Shown: positions 27,931-40,400, numbered from the stretch's first letter. The stretch: 64,000 bases of DNA from Beijerinckiaceae bacterium (GCA_965249685.1 CBDFMN010000002.1:8511-72510), one strand, 5' to 3'. Made by a program: numbers and translations. Notes: a model not told the origin generated them from the sequence alone.

Positions 27931-28965
27931 TCAGGCCGCCTCGCGTCGCGGCGTGATCAGCTTGCGGTTGATCAGCAATTCGGCGATCTGAATCGTGTTG
28001 AGCGCCGCGCCCTTGCGCAGGTTGTCGGACACGCACCAGATCACCAGGCCGTTGTCGATCGTGGGGTCCTCGCGGATGCGCGAGATGTAGGTGGCGTCCT
28101 CGCCCGCCGCCTCGTGCGGGGTGATGTAGCCGCCGCTCTCGCGCTTGTCGATCACGAGGCATCCCGGCGCTTCGCGCAGGATGTCGCGCGCCTCGTCGGC
28201 GCTGATCGGGTTCTCGAACTCGATGTTGATCGCTTCGGAATGGCCGATGAACACCGGCACCCGCACGCAGGTCGCGACGAGCTTGATCTTGGAATCGAGG
28301 ATCTTCTTCGTCTCGACGACCATCTTCCACTCTTCCTTCGTGAACCCGTCTTCCATGAAGGCGTCGATCTCGGGAATGACGTTGAAGGCGATGCGCTTGG
28401 GAAACTTGGCGCTCTGCACGGGATCGGACACGAACACGGCGCGCGTCTGGGCGAAAAGCTCGTCCATGGCCTCTTTGCCGGCACCCGACACCGACTGATA
28501 CGTCGAGACGACCACCCGCTTGATCGTCGCGTGGTCGTGCAGCGGCTTCAGTGCCACGACGAGTTGCGCCGTCGAGCAGTTCGGGTTGGCGATGATGTTC
28601 TTCTTGGCGAAGCCCGCGATGGCGTCGGCGTTCACCTCCGGCACCACCAGCGGGACGTCCGGGTCCATCCGCCAGGTCGAGGAATTGTCGATCACGACGC
28701 AGCCCTGCGCGCCGATCTTCGGCGACCAGATCTTGGACACGGCGCCGCCGGCCGACATCAGGCAGATGTCCGTATCGCCAAAGTCATAGGTGTCGAGCAC
28801 CTTGCACTTCAGGGTCTTGTCGCCATACGAGACTTCCTTGTGGATCGAGCGCGGCGAGGCGAGCGCCACCACCTGATCGGCGGGGAACCGGCGTTCCGCG
28901 AGGATGTCCAGCATTTCGCGGCCCACGTTGCCCGTGGCCCCGACGACCGCAACCTTGAAACCCAT
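27931..28965 (-). CDS. asd: Aspartate-semialdehyde dehydrogenase
   Basis: VVGATGNVGRE, IIANPNCSTAQ, STYQSVSGAG, SDNLRKGAALN. Confidence 0.97.
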   Translation of the reverse strand: MGFKVAVVGATGNVGREMLDILAERRFPADQVVALASPRSIHKEVSYGDKTLKCKVLDTYDFGDTDICLMSAGGAVSKIWSPKIGAQGCVVIDNSSTWRMDPDVPLVVPEVNADAIAGFAKKNIIANPNCSTAQLVVALKPLHDHATIKRVVVSTYQSVSGAGKEAMDELFAQTRAVFVSDPVQSAKFPKRIAFNVIPEIDAFMEDGFTKEEWKMVVETKKILDSKIKLVATCVRVPVFIGHSEAINIEFENPISADEARDILREAPGCLVIDKRESGGYITPHEAAGEDATYISRIREDPTIDNGLVIWCVSDNLRKGAALNTIQIAELLINRKLITPRREAA

Positions 28966-29180
28966 GACTGCCCAGTCTCCGATTGGCCGCGAGGCGACCG
29001 TCGCCCAGGGGCGCATCGTGGCACCCGGGCCGATGCGGGGCGCCAGCGGGCGTCCTCCGCGTCAAGATCCCGTTGACCTTGTTTCCAACTCCTAGCGCGT
29101 CCGTAAGGAACGACTCAAGTCCTCATGCGCAGGCTGGCACGGCGCGGCGGCACGAGAGCGCCGCCCGGCGGGAGTCCTCG

Positions 29181-30035
29181 ATGAGCGACATGGCCTTTAC
29201 CACGTGGCATCGGCGCGGGGCGCGCGGCCTGCGTCCCACGGCGGGGCCGCGCGCGGCGCTGCGCCTCGTCCTGCGCCGACCGTGGCGCACGGCGGGCGTT
29301 CTGCTGGCGGCGCTCGTCGGCCTGATCGCCGCCGACGTGCTCACCGCAGCCGACGCGCCGCCTGCGCCACCTGCCGCGTCCACCGTTCTCCGGCCACTGA
29401 CCTCGCCTTGGCTCGAGGTGATCAAGCCCATCGAGATCGTCGGCCTGGAGGCGGGCGAGTTCGCCAACGCGGCGCGCAGCTACAGGGCCCGCCGCAACCT
29501 CGAGGGTGGCGGCCGCCAGGACGTGATCGCGCTCGGGACGCCTGGCGCAGGGCCTGCGCTCCGGCTCTCGCTCTATCGTCGCGGCAGCGAGGCGAGCGTG
29601 GCCGCGCCTCTCTTCGCCGACCTCGCGCGACAGGCCGCCGACGCGGGGCTTGCCGTGACCCGCAGCGGGTTGCCGGACCTGCTGCCGACGCGCTTCGGCG
29701 CCTTCGAGGTGGCGGACGTCGCCCTCGCGGCCGGGGCCGGGCGCGCGCTGCCCTGCACGGGGTTCCGCCTGGTGCTCGACGCGCCCGCTTTGACGGTCGC
29801 GGGTCTTTCCTGCGGCGGACCGGCCGCCAAGAGCCGCAATGCCCTCGGCTGCCTGCTGGAACGCCTCGACCTCGCCTCCGGTGGCAGCGACCGGGCCCTC
29901 GCCGACTTCTTCGCGGCGAGCGAGCTGAGGCGGTCGGGCACCTGCCTCGGAGCACGGCTCGCCCCCGACCAAGCCCATGCCGCATGGCTCGATGACAGGT
30001 CTGCCACACCCCGCCGGAATTCTCGCCGGCACTGA
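29181..30035 (+). CDS. Hypothetical membrane-anchored periplasmic protein
   Basis: GGAG RBS; TM segment; LPTRFGAFEVAD; several Cys. Confidence 0.65.
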   Translation: MSDMAFTTWHRRGARGLRPTAGPRAALRLVLRRPWRTAGVLLAALVGLIAADVLTAADAPPAPPAASTVLRPLTSPWLEVIKPIEIVGLEAGEFANAARSYRARRNLEGGGRQDVIALGTPGAGPALRLSLYRRGSEASVAAPLFADLARQAADAGLAVTRSGLPDLLPTRFGAFEVADVALAAGAGRALPCTGFRLVLDAPALTVAGLSCGGPAAKSRNALGCLLERLDLASGGSDRALADFFAASELRRSGTCLGARLAPDQAHAAWLDDRSATPRRNSRRH

Positions 30036-30145
30036 GGACAGGCGGCGACACGGGCGTGGCGATAAACTAAGCCGCGATGAAGGTAGCCGCGATGAACCAA
30101 GCGTGGCTCAAGCGATTATACGAGCAACATAAAGGGATCCCGCCG

Positions 30146-30544
30146 ATGCGAACTACGGTTGTCTCGATACTCGCCCTCGCCACCGTCGCGTCGCTCGCCG
30201 GAGCCTCCGGCGTCTCCGCCAAGCCGCGCCATCGTCAGGTGACCCCCGTGCTGGACGACGGCCAGACCCACGAGCTGCCGCTGACGGTCAACCGGCGCAG
30301 CTTCCTCGATCCAGGCCCGGTCGCCCCCGTCGGCACCGGCCAGAACTACGTCTCGGCCAACACCATCTTCAACCGCACCGAAGATCGTATCCGCGATCCC
30401 GACAGATTCGGCAACGACGTGATCGTCGGGCAGCCCTACGTGCCCGGTCGCACGGTGCCGGTGGCCGAATTCGCGACCGGTCCGAACATCGGGGACCTCT
30501 ATTCCGGACCCATCTTCGGCTACCAGCCGGAGCAGCTGCGCTAA
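30146..30544 (+). CDS. Secreted hypothetical protein
   Basis: Signal peptide MRTTVVSILALATVASLAGASGVSA; LTVNRRSFLDPG. Confidence 0.7.
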   Translation: MRTTVVSILALATVASLAGASGVSAKPRHRQVTPVLDDGQTHELPLTVNRRSFLDPGPVAPVGTGQNYVSANTIFNRTEDRIRDPDRFGNDVIVGQPYVPGRTVPVAEFATGPNIGDLYSGPIFGYQPEQLR

Positions 30545-30577
30545 CCCGAAACGGACCCGGATCGAACGAGGGCGCGC

Positions 30578-31933
30578 ATGCAGCGCCCCCTCTGCTACGA
30601 CGTGACCCGCCTTCTCACGCGGGTCCTTAACGCCACGCCGAATGGGATCGACCGGATCGACCACAGGCTGGCGACGCATTTCCTGTCTCAGGAGGGCGCC
30701 CCGCGGCTGGGGCTGACGTCGACGGGGTTCGGCGCACGTCTGATGAACGGGAATGCCGCCGCCGAAGCCGTGGCCGGCATCGCCGCCCATTGGAGCGAGG
30801 CTCCGGCGGGGCGGGGCTGGAGCGTCGGGCACTCGACAGACCCTCTCCCCGCAGACCCTGTCTACGAGTGGGTCGTCGCGCGCCTGACGGGCGCGGCAGC
30901 TCCCGGCGGCACCTGGCCCGGTGAAGCCATGCCGGCGAGGCGGTCGACGTTGCGGGCCGACGTGACGGAGGGCTTGCGGTGGGTCGGACGCCATGGCGTG
31001 CCCTTGCTGCGCCGTCCGACGCGCGAGCTGCCCCGCGGCAGTGTCTATTTTAACGCAAGCCAGTTTCCACTGTGGGTCGAAGCGAGCTTCGCCTGGCTGA
31101 CGGCGCGGCGCGACGTCAAAGCCGCCTTCTTTATCCACGACCTGCTGCCGATCAGCATGCCGGAATATTTCCGCACCGCGGAGTACGCGCGCCACCTCAG
31201 ACGTATGGCCAATTTGGCGCGTTTCGCGACGGCCGCGGTGGTCACCACGCAGACCGTCGCCGACGACCTCCGCGCCCACCTGCATGGGCTTGGCCGCACG
31301 GATCTGGCCGTGTTCGTCGCGCCCACCCCGGTCGCGCCGATCTTCTCCGAGCCGAGGCAGGTCGAGGCCCGCCTCAACGACCACCCGTTCTTCGTCCTGT
31401 GCAGCACCATCGAGCCGCGCAAGAACCACCTGATGATCCTGGCCGCCTGGCGCGACCTTGTGCGCCGCCATGGCGCGGCGGCCCCCAAGCTCGTGCTGGT
31501 AGGGACGCGGGGGTGGAAATACGAGCTGATCGTCGACCTGCTGGACCGCAGCCCGCCCCTGCGCGACCACGTGATCGCTGTGCGCGGGCTCTCGACGCCG
31601 GGCCTCAAGCGCCTGATGGACAACGCGCGGGCGGTGCTCATGCCGAGTTTCGCGGAGGGCTATGGCCTGCCCGTGCACGAAGCGCTGGCGGCGGGCGTCC
31701 CGGTACTGGCCTCCGACATCCCGGTGTTCCGCGAGATCGGCGCGCGCGGCCTCACGCTCCTGTCGCCGCTGAACGGCGAGGCGTGGCTGGAGGCGGCGCA
31801 CCGGCTCTCCCAGACGGAGCGGCCCGAACCCTCCGCAGCCGAGCGGCGTGGACCGCTGGGCGAAGAGGTCGGGGCCGGCGCGGGATGGTCGGACTATTTC
31901 GGCAGGCTGGACAGGTTCGTCGGCGGGCTTTGA
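30578..31933 (+). CDS. GT4-type (GT-B) glycosyltransferase
   Basis: HDLLPISMPEYF, STIEPRKNH, PSFAEGYGLPVHEALAAGVPVLASDIPVFRE. Confidence 0.92.
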   Translation: MQRPLCYDVTRLLTRVLNATPNGIDRIDHRLATHFLSQEGAPRLGLTSTGFGARLMNGNAAAEAVAGIAAHWSEAPAGRGWSVGHSTDPLPADPVYEWVVARLTGAAAPGGTWPGEAMPARRSTLRADVTEGLRWVGRHGVPLLRRPTRELPRGSVYFNASQFPLWVEASFAWLTARRDVKAAFFIHDLLPISMPEYFRTAEYARHLRRMANLARFATAAVVTTQTVADDLRAHLHGLGRTDLAVFVAPTPVAPIFSEPRQVEARLNDHPFFVLCSTIEPRKNHLMILAAWRDLVRRHGAAAPKLVLVGTRGWKYELIVDLLDRSPPLRDHVIAVRGLSTPGLKRLMDNARAVLMPSFAEGYGLPVHEALAAGVPVLASDIPVFREIGARGLTLLSPLNGEAWLEAAHRLSQTERPEPSAAERRGPLGEEVGAGAGWSDYFGRLDRFVGGL

Positions 31934-32619
31934 CCGGAACGCGCGGGGTCGCGCAGGGTGCGGATGCCAACGGCCACCCGCACGACATAGATCGACACGA
32001 ACACGACGCCCGCGAAGACCAACACGCCATCGTAGAGCGAGAAGACCTGTCCGCCCACGCTGAAGCGTACGGGTCCGAACACCACCATGGCCGTGTTAAT
32101 GGCAATGAGGCAAAGCCGCAGCTCCGTCGGCCCCAGACCGAGGAAGGAGAGCTGGAAAACGCCCGACAGATGGTTGTTGATGAACACGTACATGCACAGG
32201 AAGAAATAGCCGACGAGCGCGAACAGGGCGGCGTCCATCCGGATGAACGGTGCGAGGCCGAAGCCGACCATGATCATGAAGTTACACAGGGCGTCGACCG
32301 TGTGGTCGAGGAAGTAGCCGTAGATCGGCCGCTCGATCCCACGGAAGCGGGCGAGGCTGCCGTCGAGCGAATCGCCGAACCAGTGAACGACGAGGCCGGC
32401 CGAGGCGAGCCAGAGGTAGGCGCGGTCGTGCTGGCTTGCCGCCTCCGCCACGAGCACGAGCGTGGCGCCGGCGACGCCCAGAGCCGTCAGCCGGTCGGGC
32501 GTGACCCAGGCCGGCAAGCGGGCGGCGAGCCACGTCAGCAGCCTGCGCTCGCTTTGCGCCACCACGTTGGCTTGGATGCGCTTGACGCGGAACCGTCCGC
32601 GTTCGTCCATTGGCGTCAT
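31894..32619 (-). CDS. CDP-alcohol phosphatidyltransferase family protein
   Basis: VTPDRLT; signature DSLDGSLAR...YGYFLDHTVD; multiple TMs. Confidence 0.92.
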   Translation of the reverse strand: MTPMDERGRFRVKRIQANVVAQSERRLLTWLAARLPAWVTPDRLTALGVAGATLVLVAEAASQHDRAYLWLASAGLVVHWFGDSLDGSLARFRGIERPIYGYFLDHTVDALCNFMIMVGFGLAPFIRMDAALFALVGYFFLCMYVFINNHLSGVFQLSFLGLGPTELRLCLIAINTAMVVFGPVRFSVGGQVFSLYDGVLVFAGVVFVSIYVVRVAVGIRTLRDPARSGQSPPTNLSSLPK

Positions 32620-32928
32620 GCAGGTCTCCGATGCGAGGGCGGTCCCCTTGTGCGTCGCGCCCCATCGCCTGATCAAGGCTGATGTCGGCAAATCAGGCCC
32701 TGCCGCTCGCGCTGGTCTCAATCTTGCCCCAAAGCCGTCCGGCGCGGGGCACGACTAAGTCTTTCCCCTGTTGCCGAACTGCCATGGTTTATGCGGACGC
32801 CTTCGCGTAAGGTTACGGCTTGGTAATGTAAGACTGCCAGACGATTGGGTTGCCGTTCGGTGCGAGCGGTTGCCCCACGCGGGTGTATGCGGCGTCCCGG
32901 CGCCGCCCGAGCAAAGGCAAAGAGCGCG

Positions 32929-34281
32929 ATGAAGCACGGCGCAGGTCTGCAGCACGACACGAGGGGAACGCTCCAGGACATCATCGCGCGCCGGATGGAC
33001 GCGGAGCGGAAATCGGCGAGAGCCAGCGCTCCCATGCCGAACCCCTTCGCCGCCATGACGGACTTCTCCACGCTGCCGGGCATGCAGGAGATCAAGATCC
33101 AGCGATCGGCGGCGGGCGTCATGGGCCTGCAGGACCCCTACTTTCGGGTTCACGACGAGCGCGCCGGCGCCACCACGCTGATCGACGGCAAGCGCTACAC
33201 CAATTTCTCCTCCTACGACTACCTCGGCCTCAACGGCCATCCCGACGTCCAGGCGGCCGCCGCGGGCGCCATCGGCCATTACGGCACCTCATGCTCGGCA
33301 AGCCGGCTCGTCGCCGGCGAGCGGCCGATCCACCGCGACCTGGAGCGCGCGCTCGCCGTCCATTACGGCCAGGACGACGCGGTCGTGTTCGTCAGCGGCC
33401 ACGGGACGAACGTCTCGGCCATCGGCGCATTGCTCGGCCCGCGCGACCTCGTGATCCATGACAGCCTGGCCCACAACAGCATCGTGCTGGGCGCCACATT
33501 GTCCGGCGCCACCCGCCGCTCGTTCGCCCACAACGACGTGGTGGCGCTCGACCGCGTGCTCGCCTCCTGCCGGGCGCAATACGACCGTGTGCTCGTGGTG
33601 GCAGAGGGCCTGTACAGCATGGACGGCGACTGCGCCGATCTGTCCGCGTTGATCGAGGTCAAGACCCGGCACGGTGCTTGGCTGATGATCGACGAGGCGC
33701 ATGGCCTCGGCGTGCTTGGCGAGCGCGGGATGGGCTCCTTCGAGATGGTCGGCGCCAAGCCCGACGATGTGGACATCTGGATGGGGACGATGTCGAAGAC
33801 GCTGTCGGGTTGCGGCGGCTACATCGCCGGCAACGCGGTGCTCGTCGAATACCTGAAGTGCATGTCGGGTGGCTTCGTCTACAGCGTCGGCCTGCCGCCG
33901 CCGATGGCGGCCGCCTCGTTGGCCGCGCTCGACCTGCTCCACCGCGAACCGGAACGCGTCGCGACGCTTCGGCGCAACGGCGCCCTGTTCTGGACGCAGG
34001 CGCGGGCGCGCCGGCTCGATGTCGGCTCCAGCGAGGGCCACGCGATCGTCCCGATCGTCACGCATAGTTCGCTGGTGGCCGTCGGCCTCAGCCAGAAACT
34101 GTTCGAGCGCGGCATCAACGTGCAGCCGATCATCCATCCCGCCGTCCCCGAGCGCAACGCGCGGTTGCGGTTCTTCCTCTCCTCCGAGCATACGGCCGAG
34201 CAGATCGTCACGACGGTGAACGCTGTGGCGGAATGCCTCGAGGTGATCGGCGCCGGCGTTCCGAGTCCGGCCCTCGCCTGA
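32929..34281 (+). CDS. PLP-dependent alpha-oxoamine synthase (RkpG/WcbT-like; BioF/SPT superfamily)
   Basis: NFSSYDYLGL, HNSI, EGLYSMDGD, DEAHGLG, GTMSKT (PLP Lys). Confidence 0.9.
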   Translation: MKHGAGLQHDTRGTLQDIIARRMDAERKSARASAPMPNPFAAMTDFSTLPGMQEIKIQRSAAGVMGLQDPYFRVHDERAGATTLIDGKRYTNFSSYDYLGLNGHPDVQAAAAGAIGHYGTSCSASRLVAGERPIHRDLERALAVHYGQDDAVVFVSGHGTNVSAIGALLGPRDLVIHDSLAHNSIVLGATLSGATRRSFAHNDVVALDRVLASCRAQYDRVLVVAEGLYSMDGDCADLSALIEVKTRHGAWLMIDEAHGLGVLGERGMGSFEMVGAKPDDVDIWMGTMSKTLSGCGGYIAGNAVLVEYLKCMSGGFVYSVGLPPPMAAASLAALDLLHREPERVATLRRNGALFWTQARARRLDVGSSEGHAIVPIVTHSSLVAVGLSQKLFERGINVQPIIHPAVPERNARLRFFLSSEHTAEQIVTTVNAVAECLEVIGAGVPSPALA

Positions 34282-34450
34282 CGTCGCCGCCTGAACCGGC
34301 GGTCGATGAGCCACAAAGCCGCAGACTGCTAATTGCGGAGCGCACGGCGCGGGGCCTCGGGTTGACATCGCCCGTCGAAAGACCCGTAGGGTCGGCGCGA
34401 AAAAGCCCGGCCCTGCACGTCGAGCGAGGGGTCTGACCAAAGGTTCTCCC

Positions 34451-37400
34451 TTGGCTCTAGCCGCGAAACAACGACTGGCTCCTTTGACACAAACGACAGA
34501 CATTGCCGTCATCGGCCGATCCTGCCGTCTACCCGGCGCGCCCTCCGTCGCCGACCTGTGGACCCTGCTTGCATCCGGCACCTGCGCGGTGTCGCGCGTG
34601 CCCGACGACCGCTGGTCGATGGACCGCATGGCCCACCCTCGCGGCGCGGAGCGTGGCAAAAGCTACACCTGGGCCGCCGGCACGCTCGCCGACGTCTGGG
34701 GCTTCGACCCAGCCGCCTTCGGCCTCTCGCCCCGCGAGGCGGAGCAGATGGACCCGCAGCAGCGCCTGCTGCTCGAACTCACCTGGGAGGCGCTGGAGGA
34801 TGCGGGGCTAAGGCCCTCGTCGATCGCCGGCAGCGACGCCGGCGTGTTCGTCGGCGCCTCCGCGCTCGACTACGGCAACCTGCGCATCATCGATTCTGCG
34901 GCGGGCGACGCCTACCTGATGACGGGCAACACGCTCTCGATCATCGCCAATCGCATCTCCTACATCTTCGACCTGCACGGCCCGAGCTTCACCGTCGACA
35001 CGGCCTGCTCCTCGGCTCTGGTGGCGCTCAACGAGGCGATCGTCAGCCTGCGCAGCGGGCGCATCGACACCGCCATCGTCGGCGGCGTCAACATTCTCGC
35101 AAGCCCCTTCAACTTCATCGGCTTCTCGCAGGCGGCCATGCTGTCGCGAATCGGGTTGTGCCAGGCGTTCGCCGCCGGCGCCGACGGCTACGTGCGCGCC
35201 GAGGGCGGCGTCGCGCTGGTCCTGCGCACGCGCGAGGCGGCGGAACGCGCCGGCGACCACGTCCACGGCTTCATCGTCGGCTCGGACGTCAACTCGGACG
35301 GTCGGACCAACGGCATCTCCCTGCCCTCCAAGGTCTACCAGGCCCGCCTTCTCGAGACGCTCTACCTCAAGCAGGGGATCGACCCGGCCACGCTGGCCTT
35401 CGTCGAGGCGCACGGCACCGGCACCCGCGTCGGCGACCCGATCGAGGCGACCGCCATCGGCGAGACGCTGGCGCGCAAACGCCGCATGCCGCTGCTGATC
35501 GGCTCCATCAAGACCAATATCGGGCATATGGAGGCGGCGTCCGGCCTCGGCGGCGTGCTCAAGGCGATGCTCGCGCTCGAGCACGACCAGCTGCCCCCCT
35601 CGCTGCACAGCGGCGAGCTCAACCCCGACATCGACTTCGCCGCGCTCAACCTGCAGGTGGCGCGCGCGTTGACGCCGTTGGCCGCCGCCGCCCCGGGCGA
35701 GCGGCGTATCGCCGGCGTGAACTCCTTCGGCTTCGGCGGCACCAACGCCCACGTCATCCTGGCGGACGGGCCGAAGGCCGCGGCGCCTGCACCAGCGACG
35801 GGCGCGGCTGCGCTACCCTCCTACCTCGTCATCTCGGCGCACAGCCGCGCGGCGCTCGGTGCGCTGGTCGCCGATTATGCGGCGCGCCTCGACGAGGCGG
35901 ACGATGCCGAGGCCGCGGCCATTCTCGCCGCGGCGGCGCATCGGCGCGAGCGTCTGGCCCATCGCGTCGTGGTGCCGGTCGGTGCGCGCAAGGATCTCGT
36001 GGCGGTGCTCGACCGCCTGGGTGACGCCGAGCAGGACGTGACAGGCGCGGCACGCGGCACGGCGATCGACCGCGAGGCTCCGGTCGCCGCGGTGTTCTCC
36101 GGCAACGGCGCCCAGTTCGTCGGCATGGGCGTCGCGGCCTACGCTCAGAACGCGTGGTTTCGCGCGCACCTCGACCTGGTCTCCGAAGAGTTCGCGACGC
36201 TGGCCGGCTGGTCCATTGTGGAGACGCTCCATGATCCCGGCCTGAGCGCGAAGCTGGAGCTCACCCAGATCGCCCAGCCGCTGCTCTACGCGGTGCAGGC
36301 GGCGGCCTATCAGGCGCTGCTCGCCGGCGGTCTGAAGCCCACGGTCATCATTGGCCACAGCGTCGGCGAAGTCGCCGCCGCGGAGGCCGCCGGGATCCTC
36401 GACCGCGCCGGCGCGATCAAGACGATCTTGGCCCGCAGCCTGCACCAGGAGCTGTCGTTCGGCCTTGGCGGGATGGCCGTGGTGATCGGCTCGCAGGAGG
36501 CGACGGAACAGATCATCGCGGCGCTGCCGAGCCTGGAGATCGCCGCCTACAACAGCCCGCGTGCCTTCACCGTCTCGGGCAGCCAGGAGCATATCGCGAA
36601 GCTGTCGGGCGTCGCGCGCGCGGCCAAGGCGCGCATTCGCAAGCTCGATCTCGCCTACCCCTTCCACAACGCCCTCATGGCGCCCGTCGAGCGGCCGCTG
36701 CTGCGCAGCCTCGCCGACCTCAAGCCTGTGGGCTCCTCGCTGCCGTTCATCTCCACCGTGACGGGTGGCCGGCTCGACGGCCCGGAACTCGACGCGCACT
36801 ATTGGTGGCGCAACGTGCGCGAGCCCGTCCGCTTCTCCCAGGCGGTCGGCGCCGCGGTGCAGGCAGGCGCCCGCATCTTCATCGAGGTCGGTCCCACCGC
36901 CTCGCTCCTGTCGCACATCAACGATTGCGTGGACGAGCGCACCGCGACCATCGCGACCCTCTGCGCCCTGGACAAGAAGGACCGGGGCGACGACCCGATC
37001 GCGGCCGCGCTGGCCATGGCGCTGGCGCGAGGCGCGAGCGTCGACGACGCCAAGGCCTTCGGGCCCGCACCTCGCGGCCCCGTCGCCCTGCCGCTCTACC
37101 CCTGGCAGCGCAAGAGCTACCGGCTACCCGACTCGGCGGAATCGCCGGGACTGACCCGGTCGGGCGCCTGGCACCCCCTAATCGGTTCCCGCCTGAGCGC
37201 GGACCGAACCGAGTGGCACTCCACGCTCGACACGGTGCTCCACCCCTCGCTCGCCGACCATTGCGTCGACGGCCGCGCCATCCTGCCCGGTGCAGCCTTC
37301 GCCGAAATGGCCCTGGCTGTGGCGCGCGATTGGCTCGGCACGGACGAGGCGACCGTCACAGACCTCGAGATCACCAGCCCGATGATCCTGACGGCGGACG

Positions 37401-40400
37401 CCTCGCGCGAGGTCGTCTGCCGGCTCTCCCCGCATATCAACCACCTGGAGATCGTCAGTCGGCCCCGCCTCGGGCAGACGCCCTGGCAGACGCACGCGAC
37501 CGCCAAGGTCGTCCGGGACACGGCGGCGGTCATCGTGCCCGGGCCGGACGACCACCAGCCGGCCCCGGGCACGCACGTGATCACCGGGCCGGAGATCTAC
37601 GCCATGGCCGCGCGCGCCGGCCTGCAATACGGCCCGACGTTCCAGAAGCTCGCGACCGCCGTCGCCGGGCGGCCGGACCGGATCACCCTCGACCTCACCA
37701 AGGAGGAGGCGGACCCCGCCTACGGGATCGACCCCGCGCGGATGGATGCCTGTTTCCACGCGCTGGTGCTGATCTTCTCCAGCCTGCGCGATGCGGTGCA
37801 CGGCACGGCCTACATCCCCGTGCGGTTCGGCGAGATCATGCTGCGGCGGCCGGGCGCGACCTTCACCAAGGCGCGCATCGACGTCCTGCGTCGCGACGAA
37901 CGCATCATCATCGCCAACTTCTTCCTCACGGACGAGGCGGGCGACGTCATCGTCTTCGTGCGCGAGGCGCGCTTCCAAGCCATCCGCACCTCGCGCGGCG
38001 CCGAAGCCGGCAGGCAGATGGTCGTGCAGAAGTCCGTGCTGGCGAGCGAACCCACGGCGGCCCGCGTCGAGCGTCCGCTTGCGCTGGCCGCCTTCCGCCG
38101 CGCGATCGCCCCGGCGGCGCAGGCGCGCGACGCCATGGCCGCGGACTTCGTCCTGCTTGAAGGCTGGGCGACGGCGGTGGCGCTGGGTGCCGCCCGCGAC
38201 CTCGCGACAGCCAGTTTCATCGACGCCGACGCACTCGTCGCGAGCGGTCGCCTCCCCGCGCGCGCAAAACCCTGGCTCGAGGACCTCCTCGTCTCGCTGG
38301 ACCGCTCCGGCCTGTCGCACCGCGACAAGCTCGGCCGCCACGTCGATCCCGACATCGCGCTGCCCGATCCCGACGAGATCCTGCGCACGATCGCCGCCGA
38401 GCACCAGAACCTCGGCGCCGAGATGCTGGTGGCGGCGAGCGTCGACGCGGCCATCGAGGCGCTGACCGCCGGTGATATCGAGACCTTCCTGCGGCCGCTC
38501 TCGACCAAGTCGATCGATGGTTGGGAACTGGGCGGCAGCCAAGCGCACGCCGCGGCCACGAGCCTCATCGACCTGCTCAAGCGCTCTCAGGCCGGCTGGC
38601 CGAAGGACCGCGCGATGCGCGTGCTGCAGGTCGGTTACGGCCCGCTCACGGGGTTGGCGGCCAACCTCGCGGACGCGACCGAAGCGCGCCTCACGGTGTT
38701 CGATCCCAACCGCCGCCGCCTGGAGCGCGCCCGGCTGGCTCTCGCGGGCCGCGGCGACGTCGGCTTCGTCGACAAGGCGGCGGACCTCCCCGCCGCCGAG
38801 TTCGACTTCGTCATCGCCGCGCACGTCCTCTACCGGCACAAGCGCGACGCGTCCTTCTGGTCCGGGCTCAGGCGGGCGATGGCGCAGGGCGCGATCTTCG
38901 CCGCGATCGAGCCGGTGCCCTCCTTCTTCCGCGACCTCGTGCTCGGCCTGGACGCGCGGTTGACCGACGAGGCGGATGCCGCCGGCTTCGACGGGCTCTC
39001 CGTGACCGAGGCCGACTGGCTGGAAACGATGCAGGTGATCGGCCTCGGCGACGCGGAGGTGGTCACCACCGAAACCGCCAACGGCGGAGCGCTGCTCCTG
39101 ACGGCGCAGGTCGAGGCGGAACGCCGGCACTGGAGCGGCACGGGCGACGCGCTGATCATCGGCGCCGGCGACGCGCGCGGCACGGAGACGACCTCGGCCT
39201 TCGCGACGCTGCTCGCCTCGTCGGGGCTGCACGTGTCGCTCGCCCTGGACAGCGAGCTGTCGGCGGAGGCGCTGGCCGAGGCACCGGAGACGATCGTGTT
39301 CTTCGCGGTGGCGAGCGACGAGCACGTAACGCCGGTCAAGGGCCTACTCGACCAGTGCATGCGCCTGAAGCGGCTGGCCGACGGGATCGGCACGCGCAAG
39401 AGCACGCTGTGGCTGGTGACGGCCGGCGCGATGGGCTCGACCAATGCAACGCGCGCGGGCGATGTCGCCGCCGGGGTCTGGGCCTTCTCCCGCACGCTCG
39501 CCAACGAGGTGCCGACGCTCGACGTGCGCCGCGTCGACCTCGCCGCCGACCTGCGGCCGGACCTGCTGGCCGAGCGGCTGCGCGACCTCGTGCTCTCCAA
39601 AACCGTCGAGACGGAGATCCTGCTCGGCCCGAGCGTCACGCGGGTCGTGCGCTTCGAGGCGGTGGCGGCGCAGGACCGTGGACAGGCGCGTCGGGCGGAC
39701 GCCGCCAGGCTCGCGCGCGGCGAAGGCTCGGGCATCGATCGCATCCACTGGGAAGCCATGCCGCGCCACGCGCCGGGGCCGAACGACGTCGAGGTCGCCG
39801 TAGAGGCGATCGGGCTCAACTTCCGCGACGTGATGTTCGGCCTCGGCCTGCTGCCGGAGGACATCCTCGAGCACGGGTTCGCCGGCCCGACGCTGGGCCT
39901 CGAATGCGCGGGGCGCATCGAGCGCGTCGGCGCCGCCGTCAAGGGCCTCAAGCCGGGCGACCGCGTCATCGCCTTCGCCAAGAACGCGTTCGCCACCCAC
40001 GTGACGACGCCCGCCGCCGTGGTCGCGCCGATCCCCAACGGCATCGCGTCGGAGATGGCGGCGACGATCCCGGTCGCGTTCCTCACCGCCTACCACGCCC
40101 TGATGCTGTGCGCCCGGCTGAAGCCGATGGAATGGGTGCTGATCCACGGCGGCGCCGGCGGCGTCGGCCTGGCGGCGATCCAGATCGCACGCTGGCGCGG
40201 CGCCCGGGTGATCGCCACCGCGGGTTCTCCGGAGAAACGCGCGCTGCTCGCCGCCCTCGGCGCGGAACACGTGTTCGACAGCCGCTCCGGCGCCTTCGTG
40301 GAGGACATCCGGCGGGTGACCGGCGAGGGCGTCGGCGTCGTGCTCAACAGCCTGTCGGGCGAGGCGATGGAACGCAGCATCGGCGTGCTGCGGCCGTTCG

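Noticed and set aside
29107-29131. GGAAC-N16-CGCA as a sigma-EcfG promoter
   Set aside because: The -10 element has two mismatches to CGTT.
31894-31933. 40-bp convergent overlap of GT4 and CDP-alcohol phosphotransferase
   Set aside because: Short 3'-3' overlaps are common; no extra signal.
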